Part shown: positions 1 through 9,760 of the stretch, piece by piece | Position numbering within the stretch: position 1 is the stretch's first letter | Layout: each line of letters starts with the position of its first letter | Source of the DNA: Acidobacteriota bacterium | GTDB taxonomy: Bacteria > Acidobacteriota > Vicinamibacteria > Vicinamibacterales > CAVVIG01 | Reading direction: 5' to 3' | Length of the DNA stretch: 64,000 nucleotides | Assembly (NCBI GenBank): GCA_003222395.1 | Contig: QHWB01000034.1 | Coordinates: 147,645 to 211,644 of the forward strand | Program-made: the position numbers and the translations under genes | The notes under the pieces: model-generated | Told to the model about the DNA's origin: nothing | The model's input: the letters and a program-made list of their open reading frames with translations, nothing else | Database searches by the model: none

Positions 1-609
1 CTTGCCCATCGACCAGCTTTCGAGCTGCGTGTTGCGATTGACGCCGGGCATGTAGCGCTCGGCGATGATGTCCCCCTTGTAGAGGACGAGGAACGCGGCG
101 GTCAGCGCATCGGGATCCTCGAACGCGAGATCGACGGCGCGGTCCAGATGCGCGCGATCGATGTCGCGCGGCATCGGCTTGTCGCGCCAGTTGTCGCCCA
201 TCGGCCACGGCTGCATGTCGGCGGATGGCAGCGACGTGACGACGCGCACCGGCGTGAAGTAGATGCCGTCGTGATCCTCGGGATGGATGATACAGCCCTG
301 ATCGCCGTAGTACTTCGCGGTCCGCGTGACGGCGCCGTGCGACATCTTCACGAGCTTCTGCTCGCGATCGACGTCATAGGTGACGCCGGATCTCTGGTCC
401 TCGGGGAAGAGGAAATAGCCGCTGTTCCTGAAGGCTTCCGCCGGATCGCGACCCGAGACGAAGACCGCGGAGCAGAGCACCTTGGCGTATCCCGCGAGGC
501 CGAGCGAGATCGGCGTCCCTTCGGGCGCGAACGCGGATCGCGTCTGCTCGGCCGCAAGCGTCGCGGCCGCGAGGAACAGGATCGTGAGCGGGGCCAGCCG
601 TCTTCGCAC
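1..609 (-). CDS. Serine hydrolase (beta-lactamase/PBP-like family), N-terminal ~203 codons; gene continues past the window start
   Basis: Not in the ORF track because it is cut by the window edge. My minus-strand translation from GTG at 609 (GGAGG about 5 nt upstream) gives VRRRLAPLTILFLAAATLAAEQ (signal peptide), then ...YKGDIIAERYMPGVNRNTQLESWSMGK at the edge. That ending is an S-x-x-K motif at the position usual for this family. Confidence 0.55.
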   Translation of the reverse strand, partial: MRRRLAPLTILFLAAATLAAEQTRSAFAPEGTPISLGLAGYAKVLCSAVFVSGRDPAEAFRNSGYFLFPEDQRSGVTYDVDREQKLVKMSHGAVTRTAKYYGDQGCIIHPEDHDGIYFTPVRVVTSLPSADMQPWPMGDNWRDKPMPRDIDRAHLDRAVDLAFEDPDALTAAFLVLYKGDIIAERYMPGVNRNTQLESWSMGK

Positions 610-624
610 AGCGCACCTCCGAGC

Positions 625-708
625 TTTTTTGCCGCGTGGGGCCGCACCCCCACGCGCAGACGCGCTCGCGGCGTAAACCGCTCGCGCGTATCTAGAACAG
701 AACGTCGC
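625..708. repeat. Copy A (reverse orientation) of a ~90-nt GC-rich double-hairpin intergenic repeat
   Basis: 'cgcgtggggccgcacccccacgcgcagacgcgctcgcggcgtaaaccgctcgcgcgtatctagaacagaacgtc' aligns nearly base for base with the copies at 11498-11590, 33673-33760 and 33814-33905. Confidence 0.7.
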
Positions 709-748
709 CGCCGATAACGACATCGCCAAAATCCATCGTGACGATTGT

Positions 749-1468
749 CTACTGCTCTGCGGGATCGCAAATCGTCCCGAACTCGAACCCTCTTGCGCGC
801 AGCTCCGGGATCAGACGCGCCGTCGCGTCGACCGTGTGCCGTTGATCCTTGAACGGTTCCGATTCGTCGCCGTCGTGCATGACGATGATGTCGCCGTTGC
901 CGGCGCGGGAGCGAAGCCGCGTCACGACCGAATCGGCGGTGCGCTCGCGGAACCAGTTCCAGTCCCACAACATCCAGCCCCAGCCGACCATCCGGTGATC
1001 GATCCGCTTGAGGCCCGCGTACATCGGCCAGCTGCGCCATCCCGCATGCGGCCGGAACGCGCGGCATGGCGGCCGGCCCGCCACCTGCTCGATATGCGCG
1101 GCCGCCGCCGTCAGTGTCTGCGCGAAGTGTTCGGGCGACATCAGCATGTAGGCGCGGGTGTGCGAGTGAAGCGCGACGGCGTGCCCGTCGGCGAATATGC
1201 GCCGGACGATTGGCGCCGTGCGATCGGTGATGTGCCGATCGATTAGAAAGAACGTGGCGCGCACCCGTTCGCGCGCCAGCACGTCGAGCAGATCGGGCGT
1301 CGTCGCAGGGTTCGGACCGTCGTCGAACGTGAGGTAGACCGTCGCCGGCGTTCGCTTAGGCATGTGCCACGCCGATCGTCCGCCGGCGATGAAGTCGAAG
1401 AGAAACGGTACCGGCGCCGTGTGCGCGAGCGCGAGAATGCCGCCGGCGACCGCAATCACAATCCACAT
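749..1468 (-). CDS. Polysaccharide deacetylase (NodB homology domain)
   Basis: 239-aa ORF with the NodB motif 'TFDDGPNP', later His-containing motifs ('ALHSHTRAY') and an N-terminal hydrophobic anchor. Starts 4 nt after the stop of the upstream BNR gene. Confidence 0.8.
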   Translation of the reverse strand: MWIVIAVAGGILALAHTAPVPFLFDFIAGGRSAWHMPKRTPATVYLTFDDGPNPATTPDLLDVLARERVRATFFLIDRHITDRTAPIVRRIFADGHAVALHSHTRAYMLMSPEHFAQTLTAAAAHIEQVAGRPPCRAFRPHAGWRSWPMYAGLKRIDHRMVGWGWMLWDWNWFRERTADSVVTRLRSRAGNGDIIVMHDGDESEPFKDQRHTVDATARLIPELRARGFEFGTICDPAEQ

Positions 1469-1471
1469 CGC

Positions 1472-4400
1472 TTATCGCGTCACGTCTCTCTTCAGCGCGT
1501 TCCACTCGGCGAGAAGCCTGGTCAGCGCGGCGCGGCGCTCGCTGACCGCCGTCACGAGCTGTGTCGTCGGCGTCACATCCGCCTGCTGCAGGATGTTCAT
1601 CAGCTGCCCGAGCGCGCCGCTCATTGCGGTGAACGAGCGCGTCAGCTCGTCGGACCGCTCGGCTGAAAGCCTCGCGCCACCCGCCGTCGTTGCGCTTCGG
1701 GATTTGATCTCGTCGAGCGTCTTCTGCACTTCGATCATGCCGTCGTACATCTGCTTCGACAGTATGAACTGCTGCGCCAGCCCGAGCGGCGGCGTCTTCA
1801 CTCGCGGATCCATTTTCACCGTGAGCGGCTGCGTGTAGCTCCTGCCGTCGACCGTGAGCTTGACCGTGTAGGCGCCGGTCGCGACCCACGGCGCGTTGAT
1901 CGCGGGCGCCGTGTCGTGCGCGATCGCCGCAATCGGCAAGCCGCCACGCCCGCCACCGCCGGGCGCCGGTTGGTAATGGAGATCCCACACGAACCGGTGC
2001 ATGCCGGCCTCCGCCGACAGCAGCTGCGGCGGACGATACCAGTAGAGCGGCACTGGCGCCGTAGATGAATCCGGAAGCTGCGGACGATCGCCGCTGGAAT
2101 AGCTGCGGACGCTTTTTCCGGCCGAGTCAAGAATTTCCAGCGTCACCGGACGGGACGAAGCCGCTTGCAGCGAGTAATTAACGATGGCGCCGTCCGGAGG
2201 ATTGGGCCCCATCGCTTCGTCCGGAGGCAGCGGCGTATCGGTGTTCATGTTCCAGCGCACGCGATACGCGGTCCTTGGTTTGAACAGGACGACGTCCGCC
2301 GCAGGTAGGGGCGGACCGGCGTGTCCGCCCCCCGACGCCGAAGGGCCGACACGCAGGTCGGCCCCTGCCAGAAGCCGATCCATCTGTCTGAGCGGCGTGA
2401 TGTCGTCGAGGATCCAGAAGCCGCGGCCGTGCGTGCCGGCGATCAAGTCGTCGTCCTTCACGATCAGATCGCGCACCGAGCTTGGCGCCATGTTGAGGCG
2501 CAGCGACTGCCAGTGCTCCCCATCGTCGAACGACACGTACACTTCGCGCTCGCTGCCGGCGTAGAGCAGTCCCTTCTTCTTCGGATCCTCGCGGACGACG
2601 TTGATCGTGCCGCCGTCGGGGATGCCGGTCGTGACGTGCGTCCACGTCTTGCCGCCGTCGTGCGTGCGGTAGATGTGCGGCCGCAGGTCGTCGAGGCGCA
2701 GCGTGTTGATCGCCGCGTACGCGTCGAGCGCGCTGAAATGCCCGGCGTCGATGATCGACACCTTCGCGAACGGCTTCAGATCGGAGGGGGTGACGTCGGC
2801 CCAGTGCGCGCCGCCATCGGTCGTCACGTGAATCAATCCATCGTCGGTGCCGGCCCAGATGCGGTTGATGTCGAGCGGCGACGGCGCCACCGCATAGATG
2901 ACGCCGCGCTCGGTCGGCTGCGCCGTCGGTTCGTTGCGGAACTTGCCGATGTTGGCGGGAATCTCGAACGTCTTCCGGGAGAGATCCGGGCTGATTTGCG
3001 TCCAGCTGCGGCCGCCGGTCGACGTCTTCCACAGCGTGTTGCCGGCGAAATAGAGCACGTGCGGATCGACGGGGGAAAAGAGGACCGGTGCGGTCCGCAG
3101 CGTGCGGATGCTACCGCGTCCGCCCGGCAGCGGCGAGATGTTCTGCACCTGGCCGGTCCGGCGATCGGTGCGCGTCGGCGTACGGCCGCCGTAAATAATC
3201 TCGGGGCTCAGCGGATCGGGCGCCGCGTACCCGTACTCGTCGACGCCGACCGGATGCCATTCGCGAAACGTGATGGCGCCGTCGTTGCCGCGGCTCGAGA
3301 CGCACGCCGAACCGCTCTCCTGTTGACCGCTGCACACCCGATACGGAAACGCGTTGTCTGCCGCGACGTGGTACACCTGCGCCGTCGGCTGGTTGTACCA
3401 CGAGCTCCACGTCTCGCCGCCGTTGACGCTGATGATCGTCCCCTGATCGCTCGCGAGCGCGATGATGTCCGGATCGTCAGGGTTGATCCAGCCGCGCTGA
3501 TAGTCGTCGCCTCCCGGCGCGCCGCGGATGCCGCTCCACGTCTTGCCGCCGTCGATCGATCGCCACGTCACGACGCTGGCCATGAAGACGGTGTCGGGAT
3601 TTCTCGGGTGGACGAACGGAACCGGCAGATCGCCTCCGCCGATGCGGCCCGCAGGACGCGCATCGGTCGTGATTCGCGTCCAGCTGTCGCCTGCGTCGTC
3701 AGAGCGATAGATGCCGACCGCCTGCCGCGACGCGACCGACGCGTAGATGCGGCGCGGCTCGCTCGGCGCGATCGCGACGTCGGCCTGCACGACGTCCTCC
3801 GGCAGACCGCGTGTCAGCGGACGCCAGGTCGTGCCGCCGTCGGTCGATTTGAAGATGCCGCCGTTGGTGCCGTTCCAGGCGCCGTTCTCCCACGGACCCT
3901 GACGCGTCTCCCACAGACACGCGTAGACGACGTCGGGATTCCGCGGATCGAGCTCGAGGTCCGACGCGCCGGTGTTCTCGTCCTTGTAGAACACTTTCTG
4001 AAACGTTCGTCCGCCGTCGATCGATCGGAAGACGCCGCGCTCTTCGTTCGGCCCGTACGGATGGCCCAGCACCGCAACGAACAGGCGATTGGCGTCGCGC
4101 GGGTCGACGACGATGTACGGAATCTGCTGGCCGTCGCGAAGGCCGAGGTGCGTCCACGTCTTCCCCGCGTCGGTCGATTTGTAGATGCCGTCGCCGGTGG
4201 AGAGGTCGGGCCGCGCGATGCCTTCGCCGCTGCCGACGTAGATCACATTGGGATCGGACGGCGCAACGGCGATGGCGCCGATCGATCCGGTCGGCTGGTC
4301 GTCGAAAATCGGCTTCCACGTGCGGCCGTAGTCGTTCGTCATCCAGACGCCGCCGTTGACGAAGCCGGTGTAGAAGACATTCGAGTGCCGCGGCACGCCG

Positions 4401-4567
4401 GTGACGGATTTCGCCCGCCCGCCTCGGTACGGACCGATCGCTCGCCAGCGCATCGCTGCCTGAATCGGTCGTTGGTCGCTCGACTGGGTTCGGACGAACA
4501 CACCGGCGACCAACGACGCGACGGACACGAGCACGACGATGACACGGCATCGCGCGGCATTCAGCAC
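1472..4567 (-). CDS. Secreted BNR/Asp-box repeat beta-propeller protein (sortilin/Vps10-like)
   Basis: At least nine S-x-D-x-G-x-T-W type Asp-boxes (STDAGKTW, SIDGGRTF, STDGGTTW, SDDAGDSW, SIDGGKTW, SVNGGETW, TTDGGAHW, THDGGKTW, SFDDGEHW). I place the start at GTG 4567, which has GGGAGG 5 nt upstream and is followed by a hydrophobic signal, rather than at the ORF-track ATG 4669. Confidence 0.8.
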   Translation of the reverse strand: MLNAARCRVIVVLVSVASLVAGVFVRTQSSDQRPIQAAMRWRAIGPYRGGRAKSVTGVPRHSNVFYTGFVNGGVWMTNDYGRTWKPIFDDQPTGSIGAIAVAPSDPNVIYVGSGEGIARPDLSTGDGIYKSTDAGKTWTHLGLRDGQQIPYIVVDPRDANRLFVAVLGHPYGPNEERGVFRSIDGGRTFQKVFYKDENTGASDLELDPRNPDVVYACLWETRQGPWENGAWNGTNGGIFKSTDGGTTWRPLTRGLPEDVVQADVAIAPSEPRRIYASVASRQAVGIYRSDDAGDSWTRITTDARPAGRIGGGDLPVPFVHPRNPDTVFMASVVTWRSIDGGKTWSGIRGAPGGDDYQRGWINPDDPDIIALASDQGTIISVNGGETWSSWYNQPTAQVYHVAADNAFPYRVCSGQQESGSACVSSRGNDGAITFREWHPVGVDEYGYAAPDPLSPEIIYGGRTPTRTDRRTGQVQNISPLPGGRGSIRTLRTAPVLFSPVDPHVLYFAGNTLWKTSTGGRSWTQISPDLSRKTFEIPANIGKFRNEPTAQPTERGVIYAVAPSPLDINRIWAGTDDGLIHVTTDGGAHWADVTPSDLKPFAKVSIIDAGHFSALDAYAAINTLRLDDLRPHIYRTHDGGKTWTHVTTGIPDGGTINVVREDPKKKGLLYAGSEREVYVSFDDGEHWQSLRLNMAPSSVRDLIVKDDDLIAGTHGRGFWILDDITPLRQMDRLLAGADLRVGPSASGGGHAGPPLPAADVVLFKPRTAYRVRWNMNTDTPLPPDEAMGPNPPDGAIVNYSLQAASSRPVTLEILDSAGKSVRSYSSGDRPQLPDSSTAPVPLYWYRPPQLLSAEAGMHRFVWDLHYQPAPGGGGRGGLPIAAIAHDTAPAINAPWVATGAYTVKLTVDGRSYTQPLTVKMDPRVKTPPLGLAQQFILSKQMYDGMIEVQKTLDEIKSRSATTAGGARLSAERSDELTRSFTAMSGALGQLMNILQQADVTPTTQLVTAVSERRAALTRLLAEWNALKRDVTR

Positions 4568-4650
4568 TGCGGCCTCCCGATTGCTCAGTGCTACCAACAA
4601 TGGCAGTTCTGCCAGAATCGTGTATTCGACAAACTCAACCGTAGGTCCAC

Positions 4651-4899
4651 GTGACGGAAAAACATACATCCGGCATCGTCTGGCGCGTGAAGATCACTGC
4701 CGAACCGGACCCGAACGAATTCGACGAATACGATGTACGTCGATTCAGGGTCGGTGAGAACTACGAGGTGTCCGCACGTCTGGGCTCGTTGTTGATCCTC
4801 GGCGGGTACGCCGAAACGGCAGGTCCCTTTGCGCTGGCCGAAGCGGCCGACGCCGGTAAACCGACACCGCCCGCGCCGAAACCGAAACCAAAGGCATAG
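4651..4899 (+). CDS. Hypothetical small protein (82 aa, Pro/Lys-rich tail)
   Basis: ORF with protein-like composition (…DEYDVRRFRVGENYEVSARLGSLLILGGYAE…PAPKPKPKA), a GTG start and no family I recognise. Confidence 0.35.
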   Translation: MTEKHTSGIVWRVKITAEPDPNEFDEYDVRRFRVGENYEVSARLGSLLILGGYAETAGPFALAEAADAGKPTPPAPKPKPKA

Positions 4900-4933
4900 C
4901 CCCGTTCGACCGCCACAATCACGTCGAGATCGA

Positions 4934-6289
4934 CTACTTCACCACGAGAATCGTGAACGTTTCCCACGGACCCGGCGATTGCCGGTTCGCGTTCACGGCG
5001 CCCCCGCCGCCTCGATCGGCTGACATATACCAAGGCGGATCGATGGCCGTACGAAGCCTGATCACGTCGCCGTCGCGAACCGGTCCGCCGTTGCCGTTCT
5101 CGATCGCGAACGTTTCCCACGGCCCCTCGGCCGCGCCCGCAGCGGCCATCGCGTTGCCGCCGCCGCCGGCCGCCTGAAGGTAGCGTCCGTTGCTCGTCCG
5201 AAGCGACACGCGATCGCGGTCGAGCGGCGGACCGCCGTCGAGCGCGGCAACGACAAACGTTTCCCATTCGCCTGGATTCACGCGATCGGCAAGCACCGCG
5301 GATCCGCCGCCGGCTTCGGCGACGACATAGTGCACGCCGTCGCTCGTTCTGAGCCGGGCGCGCATCAGCACCGACGTGACGAAATTCCACTCGGGCTCGA
5401 CTCGTGAGGCGAGCAGATCGCGGAAATGCGCGTGGCGCAAGTCGAAGCCGAACTCGGTGTGAAAGCACCACGCCGCGGCGCCGGCCTGTTTCGCGTTGGC
5501 GCGCGCCTGAATGAAATAATCGGCGCGATCGGTTGACGGAAAGGGAAATCGCGTCGGCTCCTGCAAGTACGCCGGGCGGCCGTTCGCTCTCATCGCGTCG
5601 ACAATCGCCTGCAGACGTCCGCGTTCGTACCAGTTCGGCACCCGGTCGTCGTGGTACGCCGTGACGTCGAGGCGGGTGTCGGCGGTGAACCTCGCGGCCG
5701 CGTCGGCCGACAGGTTCGGCGTGATCGACGCGGTGACGATGCGCTGCGCGTGGACGGCTTTGATCGCGGTGGCGATCGACGCCACGTCGGGCTGTGCGAG
5801 CGGCCGGCCGAACGGCCCGTACACGTCGCGCTCGTTCTGGATGTCGAAGAGGATATTGTCGTACGCGGTCAGGGCGCGGGCGGTCGCGACAATCGCCGTC
5901 TGGAAATGCGCGGCGTCGAGGCCGGCGACGTGCTCGGCCGTAAACGTGACGTCGACGAGCAGGCGGCGCTCGCGCGCGCGGTCGAGCACGAACTGCAGAC
6001 GCGAGAGGCCGTCGGGGTCGAGCGAGCCGTCGGCGCGCACCAGTTCCCGCGTGGGCCAGAGCCGCACGCCGTCGAACCCGGCGTCGCGCAGGAACTGCAG
6101 ATCGCCGGCGACGTCGAGCGCGTTCATCCCATCGAAGTAAGTGATGAACGTCAGGAAGCGGCGCGAGCCGTCGATCGCGAACTGATCGCCGTCAATCGAC
6201 AGGCGCTGAGCGGACGCGCGCGCCGGCAAGAGGAAGACGGCGGCGCTCGCGACGAACAGCAGAGCGGTCAGCCGGCGGCCGATTCCCAC
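4934..6289 (-). CDS. Secreted GH5-like TIM-barrel glycoside hydrolase with a C-terminal threefold beta-trefoil/fascin-like repeat
   Basis: Only the last 451 codons of ORF 4934..7642 look coding. GTG 6289 is followed by the signal peptide '[27 protein letters not shown]'. '[10 protein letters not shown]' and 'WCFHTEFG' resemble the GH5 acid/base and nucleophile strands. The C-terminus has three repeats ending 'PGEWETF', 'EGPWETF' and 'PGPWETF'. The start overlaps the glpK stop by 22 nt. Confidence 0.6.
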   Translation of the reverse strand: MGIGRRLTALLFVASAAVFLLPARASAQRLSIDGDQFAIDGSRRFLTFITYFDGMNALDVAGDLQFLRDAGFDGVRLWPTRELVRADGSLDPDGLSRLQFVLDRARERRLLVDVTFTAEHVAGLDAAHFQTAIVATARALTAYDNILFDIQNERDVYGPFGRPLAQPDVASIATAIKAVHAQRIVTASITPNLSADAAARFTADTRLDVTAYHDDRVPNWYERGRLQAIVDAMRANGRPAYLQEPTRFPFPSTDRADYFIQARANAKQAGAAAWCFHTEFGFDLRHAHFRDLLASRVEPEWNFVTSVLMRARLRTSDGVHYVVAEAGGGSAVLADRVNPGEWETFVVAALDGGPPLDRDRVSLRTSNGRYLQAAGGGGNAMAAAGAAEGPWETFAIENGNGGPVRDGDVIRLRTAIDPPWYMSADRGGGGAVNANRQSPGPWETFTILVVK

Positions 6290-7761
6290 GCCTTCGACCT
6301 TTGCAAGGCGGCGGCCCACCGCTCGCGCAGCGCCGCCGCCGCCGATCGGGTCATCTGTGGTTCGAACCGGCGGTCGACCTGCCATTGACCCGTGATGGCA
6401 TCGAGCGACGGCCAGTAGCCGACCGCGAGGCCGGCCAGGTAGGCGGCGCCGAGCGCCGTCGTTTCGGTGACGGCGGGACGGACCACCGGCACGCCGAGCA
6501 GATCGGCCTGGAACTGCATCAGCGTGTCGTTGGTCGCCGCGCCGCCGTCGACGCGCAGCTCGGTGAGCGCGATCCCGGAATCGGCCTGCATCGCGTCGAG
6601 CAGATCGGTCACCTGATACGCGATGCTCTCGAGCGCGGCCCGCGCCAGATGGCCGGACGTCGTGCCGCGCGTGATGCCGACGATGGTGCCGCGCGCGTAC
6701 GGATCCCAGTGCGGCGCCCCCAGGCCCGCGAATGCGGGCACGAGGTAGACGCCGCCGTTGTCCGCAACGGAAGCGGCGAGCGCCTCGATCTCCGGCGCCG
6801 TCCGCACGAACCCGAGTCCGTCGCGAATCCACTGAACGACCGCGCCGCCGATGAACACGCTGCCCTCGAGCGCGTAATCCGTCCGGTTGCCGATCTTCCA
6901 CGCGACCGTCGTCACGAGCTTCTGGCGCGAGCGCGTTGGTGTATTGCCGATGTTCTGCAGCAGGAAGCAGCCGGTGCCGTACGTGTTCTTGGACATGCCG
7001 GGTGTACGGCACATCTGACCGAAGAGCGCCGCCTGCTGATCGCCTGCGATGCCGGCGATGGGCACGCCCTGCACCGCGAGTGCGTCCGACGCTTTGCCGT
7101 ACGCCTCGCTCGACGATCGAACTTCGGGCAGCACGCTCGCGGGCACGCCGAACAGCCGCAGCAGCTCGGCGTCCCAGTCGCACGTGTGGATGTCGAACAG
7201 CATCGTGCGCGACGCGTTGCTGACGTCGGTGACGTGCTGCCGCCCGCTCGTCAGCTTCCACATCAGCCACGTGTCGACGGTTCCGAACGCGAGCTTGCCC
7301 GCATCGGCCCGCGCCCGCGCGCCGGGAACGTTGTCGAGGATCCAGCGAATCTTGCTGGCCGAAAAGTACGCGTCGATGAGGAGGCCGGTCTTCGATTGAA
7401 CGACATCGGTCGCGCCGGCGGCTTTCAGCCGCTCGCAGAAGTCGGCGGTGCGGCGATCCTGCCAGACGATCGCGTTGTGGATCGGCTCGCCGGTCCGACG
7501 ATCCCACACGATCGTCGTCTCGCGCTGATTCGTGATGCCGATGGCCGCGATATCGCCGGGCGCGAGCCGCGCGCGTCCCAATGCCTCGGAGGCGACACCG
7601 ATCTGAGACGCCCAGATTTCCTGCGGATCGTGCTCGACCCATCCCGCCTGCGGAAAGATCTGCGTGAATTCCTTCTGCGCGACCGCGCGAATCGCGCCGT
7701 CGCGATCGAAGACGATCGCGCGCGAGCTCGTCGTGCCCTGATCGAGAGCGAGAATATACAT
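6268..7761 (-). CDS. glpK: Glycerol kinase
   Basis: 497 aa. The N-terminus '[19 protein letters not shown]' and full-length FGGY-kinase features are typical of GlpK. Confidence 0.95.
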   Translation of the reverse strand: MYILALDQGTTSSRAIVFDRDGAIRAVAQKEFTQIFPQAGWVEHDPQEIWASQIGVASEALGRARLAPGDIAAIGITNQRETTIVWDRRTGEPIHNAIVWQDRRTADFCERLKAAGATDVVQSKTGLLIDAYFSASKIRWILDNVPGARARADAGKLAFGTVDTWLMWKLTSGRQHVTDVSNASRTMLFDIHTCDWDAELLRLFGVPASVLPEVRSSSEAYGKASDALAVQGVPIAGIAGDQQAALFGQMCRTPGMSKNTYGTGCFLLQNIGNTPTRSRQKLVTTVAWKIGNRTDYALEGSVFIGGAVVQWIRDGLGFVRTAPEIEALAASVADNGGVYLVPAFAGLGAPHWDPYARGTIVGITRGTTSGHLARAALESIAYQVTDLLDAMQADSGIALTELRVDGGAATNDTLMQFQADLLGVPVVRPAVTETTALGAAYLAGLAVGYWPSLDAITGQWQVDRRFEPQMTRSAAAALRERWAAALQRSKAWESAAG

Positions 7762-7858
7762 GTCGTCAGTCGTCGGTCTTCGTCATTGGTCGTCAGGTGC
7801 TCATCGTAGTGACCAGCGACCGACGAGCGATGACCAGCCACGGAGTCTACAATACGCC

Positions 7859-8656
7859 ATGCGCAAAGACATCACACGAGAGCTGCTGGCGGAATTCCTC
7901 GGCACCTTCACCCTGATCGTGTTCGGCGTCGGCGTCGTCGCGCAGGTCGTGCTGAGCAAACAGACTGCCGGCACCTATCTCTCGATCAACATCGCGTGGG
8001 GCCTCGCCGTGACGATGGGGTGTTATGTGGCGGCGGGCGTCACCGGCGCGCATCTCAACCCGGCGGTGACGCTGGCGCTCGCCGCGCACCGGCGGTTTCC
8101 GTGGTCCAAGGTGCTGCCGTACTCGTTCGCGCAGATCGCCGGCGCGTTCGCGGCGTCGGCCGTCGTGTTCGTGACGTACCACGAAGCGCTCGGCGTCTTC
8201 GACGGCGGCGCGCGGCAAGTGCTCGGCCCGCAGGGGACCGCCGGCATCTGGGCCACGTATCCGCAGCCGTTCCTGAGCGTCTTCCCCGGCGGCGTCGTCG
8301 ATCAGATCGTCGGCACGGCGCTGCTCGTCGCCGTCATCTTCGCCATCACCGACAACCGCAACTCGCCCGCGCCCGCCGGTCTGGCGCCGGTCGTCGTCGG
8401 CCTGCTCGTCGTGCTCATTGGCGCAACGTTCGGGTTCAACTCCGGATACGCGATCAATCCCGCTCGCGATTTCGGTCCGCGGCTCTTCACGTCGCTCGCC
8501 GGATGGGGGAGCGAAGTCTTCCGCGCCGGAAACGGATGGTGGTGGGTGCCGATCGTCGCGCCCTGCATCGGCGGCATCGTGGGCGGCTGGGTCTACGACG
8601 CCTGCATCGGACATCACTTTCCGGATCGGCAAGCCGCCGTGCGCGCCGAAGCATGA
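7859..8656 (+). CDS. glpF: Aquaglyceroporin / glycerol uptake facilitator (MIP family)
   Basis: Two NPA boxes ('HLNPAVT', 'AINPARD') and six hydrophobic segments. Divergent from glpK. I use the ATG at 7859 (MRKDITRELLAEFLGTF) rather than the upstream ORF start at 7760. Confidence 0.9.
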   Translation: MRKDITRELLAEFLGTFTLIVFGVGVVAQVVLSKQTAGTYLSINIAWGLAVTMGCYVAAGVTGAHLNPAVTLALAAHRRFPWSKVLPYSFAQIAGAFAASAVVFVTYHEALGVFDGGARQVLGPQGTAGIWATYPQPFLSVFPGGVVDQIVGTALLVAVIFAITDNRNSPAPAGLAPVVVGLLVVLIGATFGFNSGYAINPARDFGPRLFTSLAGWGSEVFRAGNGWWWVPIVAPCIGGIVGGWVYDACIGHHFPDRQAAVRAEA

Positions 8657-8783
8657 GGGTTTGAAAATCGTGTAAGGCGATGTCCGGTTTGGAATAGTCC
8701 GATAACGTATTAATGTGCCCCGGAGGAAAAAGGATGATTTCCGGATCGACGCCAGCACGCCTCGTCCCGCGCGTCACCCTGAC

Positions 8784-9734
8784 ATGAGCCGCCGCGCGCT
8801 CCTGTTCGCGTTCGCGCTCGCCGCCGGATCGACGCTCGTCCGCGCGGCGAAGTTCGACACGAGGACCGTATCGTTTGCGATTGCCTTTCACGACGTCACC
8901 TCCGCGTATCGCGACTTCTCGATGTTCGTGCTGCCCGACGCGAAGGTGGCGATCGACGCGGTCGGCGGCCCGCCCGGCGACTATGCGCTGGACGCCAAGG
9001 ACGGCATCGTCGAGCACCTGGACGTGCGCAGGTGGCGGTGGACGGCGCCGGTGCGACCGGGGAGCTACGCGTTGAAACTGGACGGTCCCGGCGGGAAGGA
9101 CACCGTCACGCTGCACGCGTTCGTGCTGGTGCCGTTCAAGCAGGTGACGAGCGGGTGGTTGAACGGCTACCGCATCGGCGACTATCCGCCGCCGCTGAAA
9201 GGCAATCCACTGTACGTCGCGCCGGCGGGGTTCGTCGAAGTGACGCACGACAACGAGCACACGAGAGTCTCCCCGCATTTCGAGCTGAAACAATTCATCT
9301 GCAAGGAGGACACGACGCGGAAGTATCCGAAGTACCTCGTCGTGCAGGAGCGGCTGCTGTTGAAGCTCGAAGCGGTGCTCGAGCGCGTCAACGCGCTCGG
9401 CTTCGCGGCCGACACGCTCAACGTGATGAGCGCGTACCGCACGCCGTACTACAACCACGCCATCGGCGACGTGCGCTACAGCATGCATCAGTTCGGCGGC
9501 GCCGCCGACATCTTCGTCGACCCCGGCAACAAGGGGCGGATGATCGATCTGAACGGCGACGGCGTCGTCGATCTGGGCGACTCGAAATTTCTGTACGACG
9601 AGATCGACCGGATGCTCGCGACGCCGCCGTACCAGAAGTTTCAGGGCGGTCTGGGGTTCTACCGCGCGACCTCTGCGCATCCGCCGTTCGTGCACCTCGA
9701 CGTGCGCGGGACCAAGGCGCGGTGGCAAGGGTGA
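8784..9734 (+). CDS. Secreted peptidase M15A-like zinc peptidase (YcbK/DUF882-type)
   Basis: 'SAYRTPYYNHAIGDVRYSMHQFGGAADI' and 'FVHLDVRG' match the S-x-H-x-x-G-x-A-x-D ... H-x-D zinc-site signature. Signal peptide 'MSRRALLFAFALAAGSTLVRA' from ATG 8784. Confidence 0.7.
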   Translation: MSRRALLFAFALAAGSTLVRAAKFDTRTVSFAIAFHDVTSAYRDFSMFVLPDAKVAIDAVGGPPGDYALDAKDGIVEHLDVRRWRWTAPVRPGSYALKLDGPGGKDTVTLHAFVLVPFKQVTSGWLNGYRIGDYPPPLKGNPLYVAPAGFVEVTHDNEHTRVSPHFELKQFICKEDTTRKYPKYLVVQERLLLKLEAVLERVNALGFAADTLNVMSAYRTPYYNHAIGDVRYSMHQFGGAADIFVDPGNKGRMIDLNGDGVVDLGDSKFLYDEIDRMLATPPYQKFQGGLGFYRATSAHPPFVHLDVRGTKARWQG

Positions 9735-9760
9735 TCCCGGCGCAGTAAGATGGCGAGCCG

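Noticed and set aside
2321-4654. Long (777-aa) plus-strand ORF, and similar very long ORFs at 6301-7809, 8487-9728, 9659-11185, 23658-25724, 25806-27752, 27938-30196, 28200-30650, 33960-36062, 42752-44752, 49189-51168 and 60907-62796
   Set aside because: All lie antisense to, or out of frame with, genes that have clear family signatures. Their products are Arg/Ala/Asp-rich low-complexity strings with no motifs. They are typical shadow ORFs of GC-rich DNA, where stop codons are rare.
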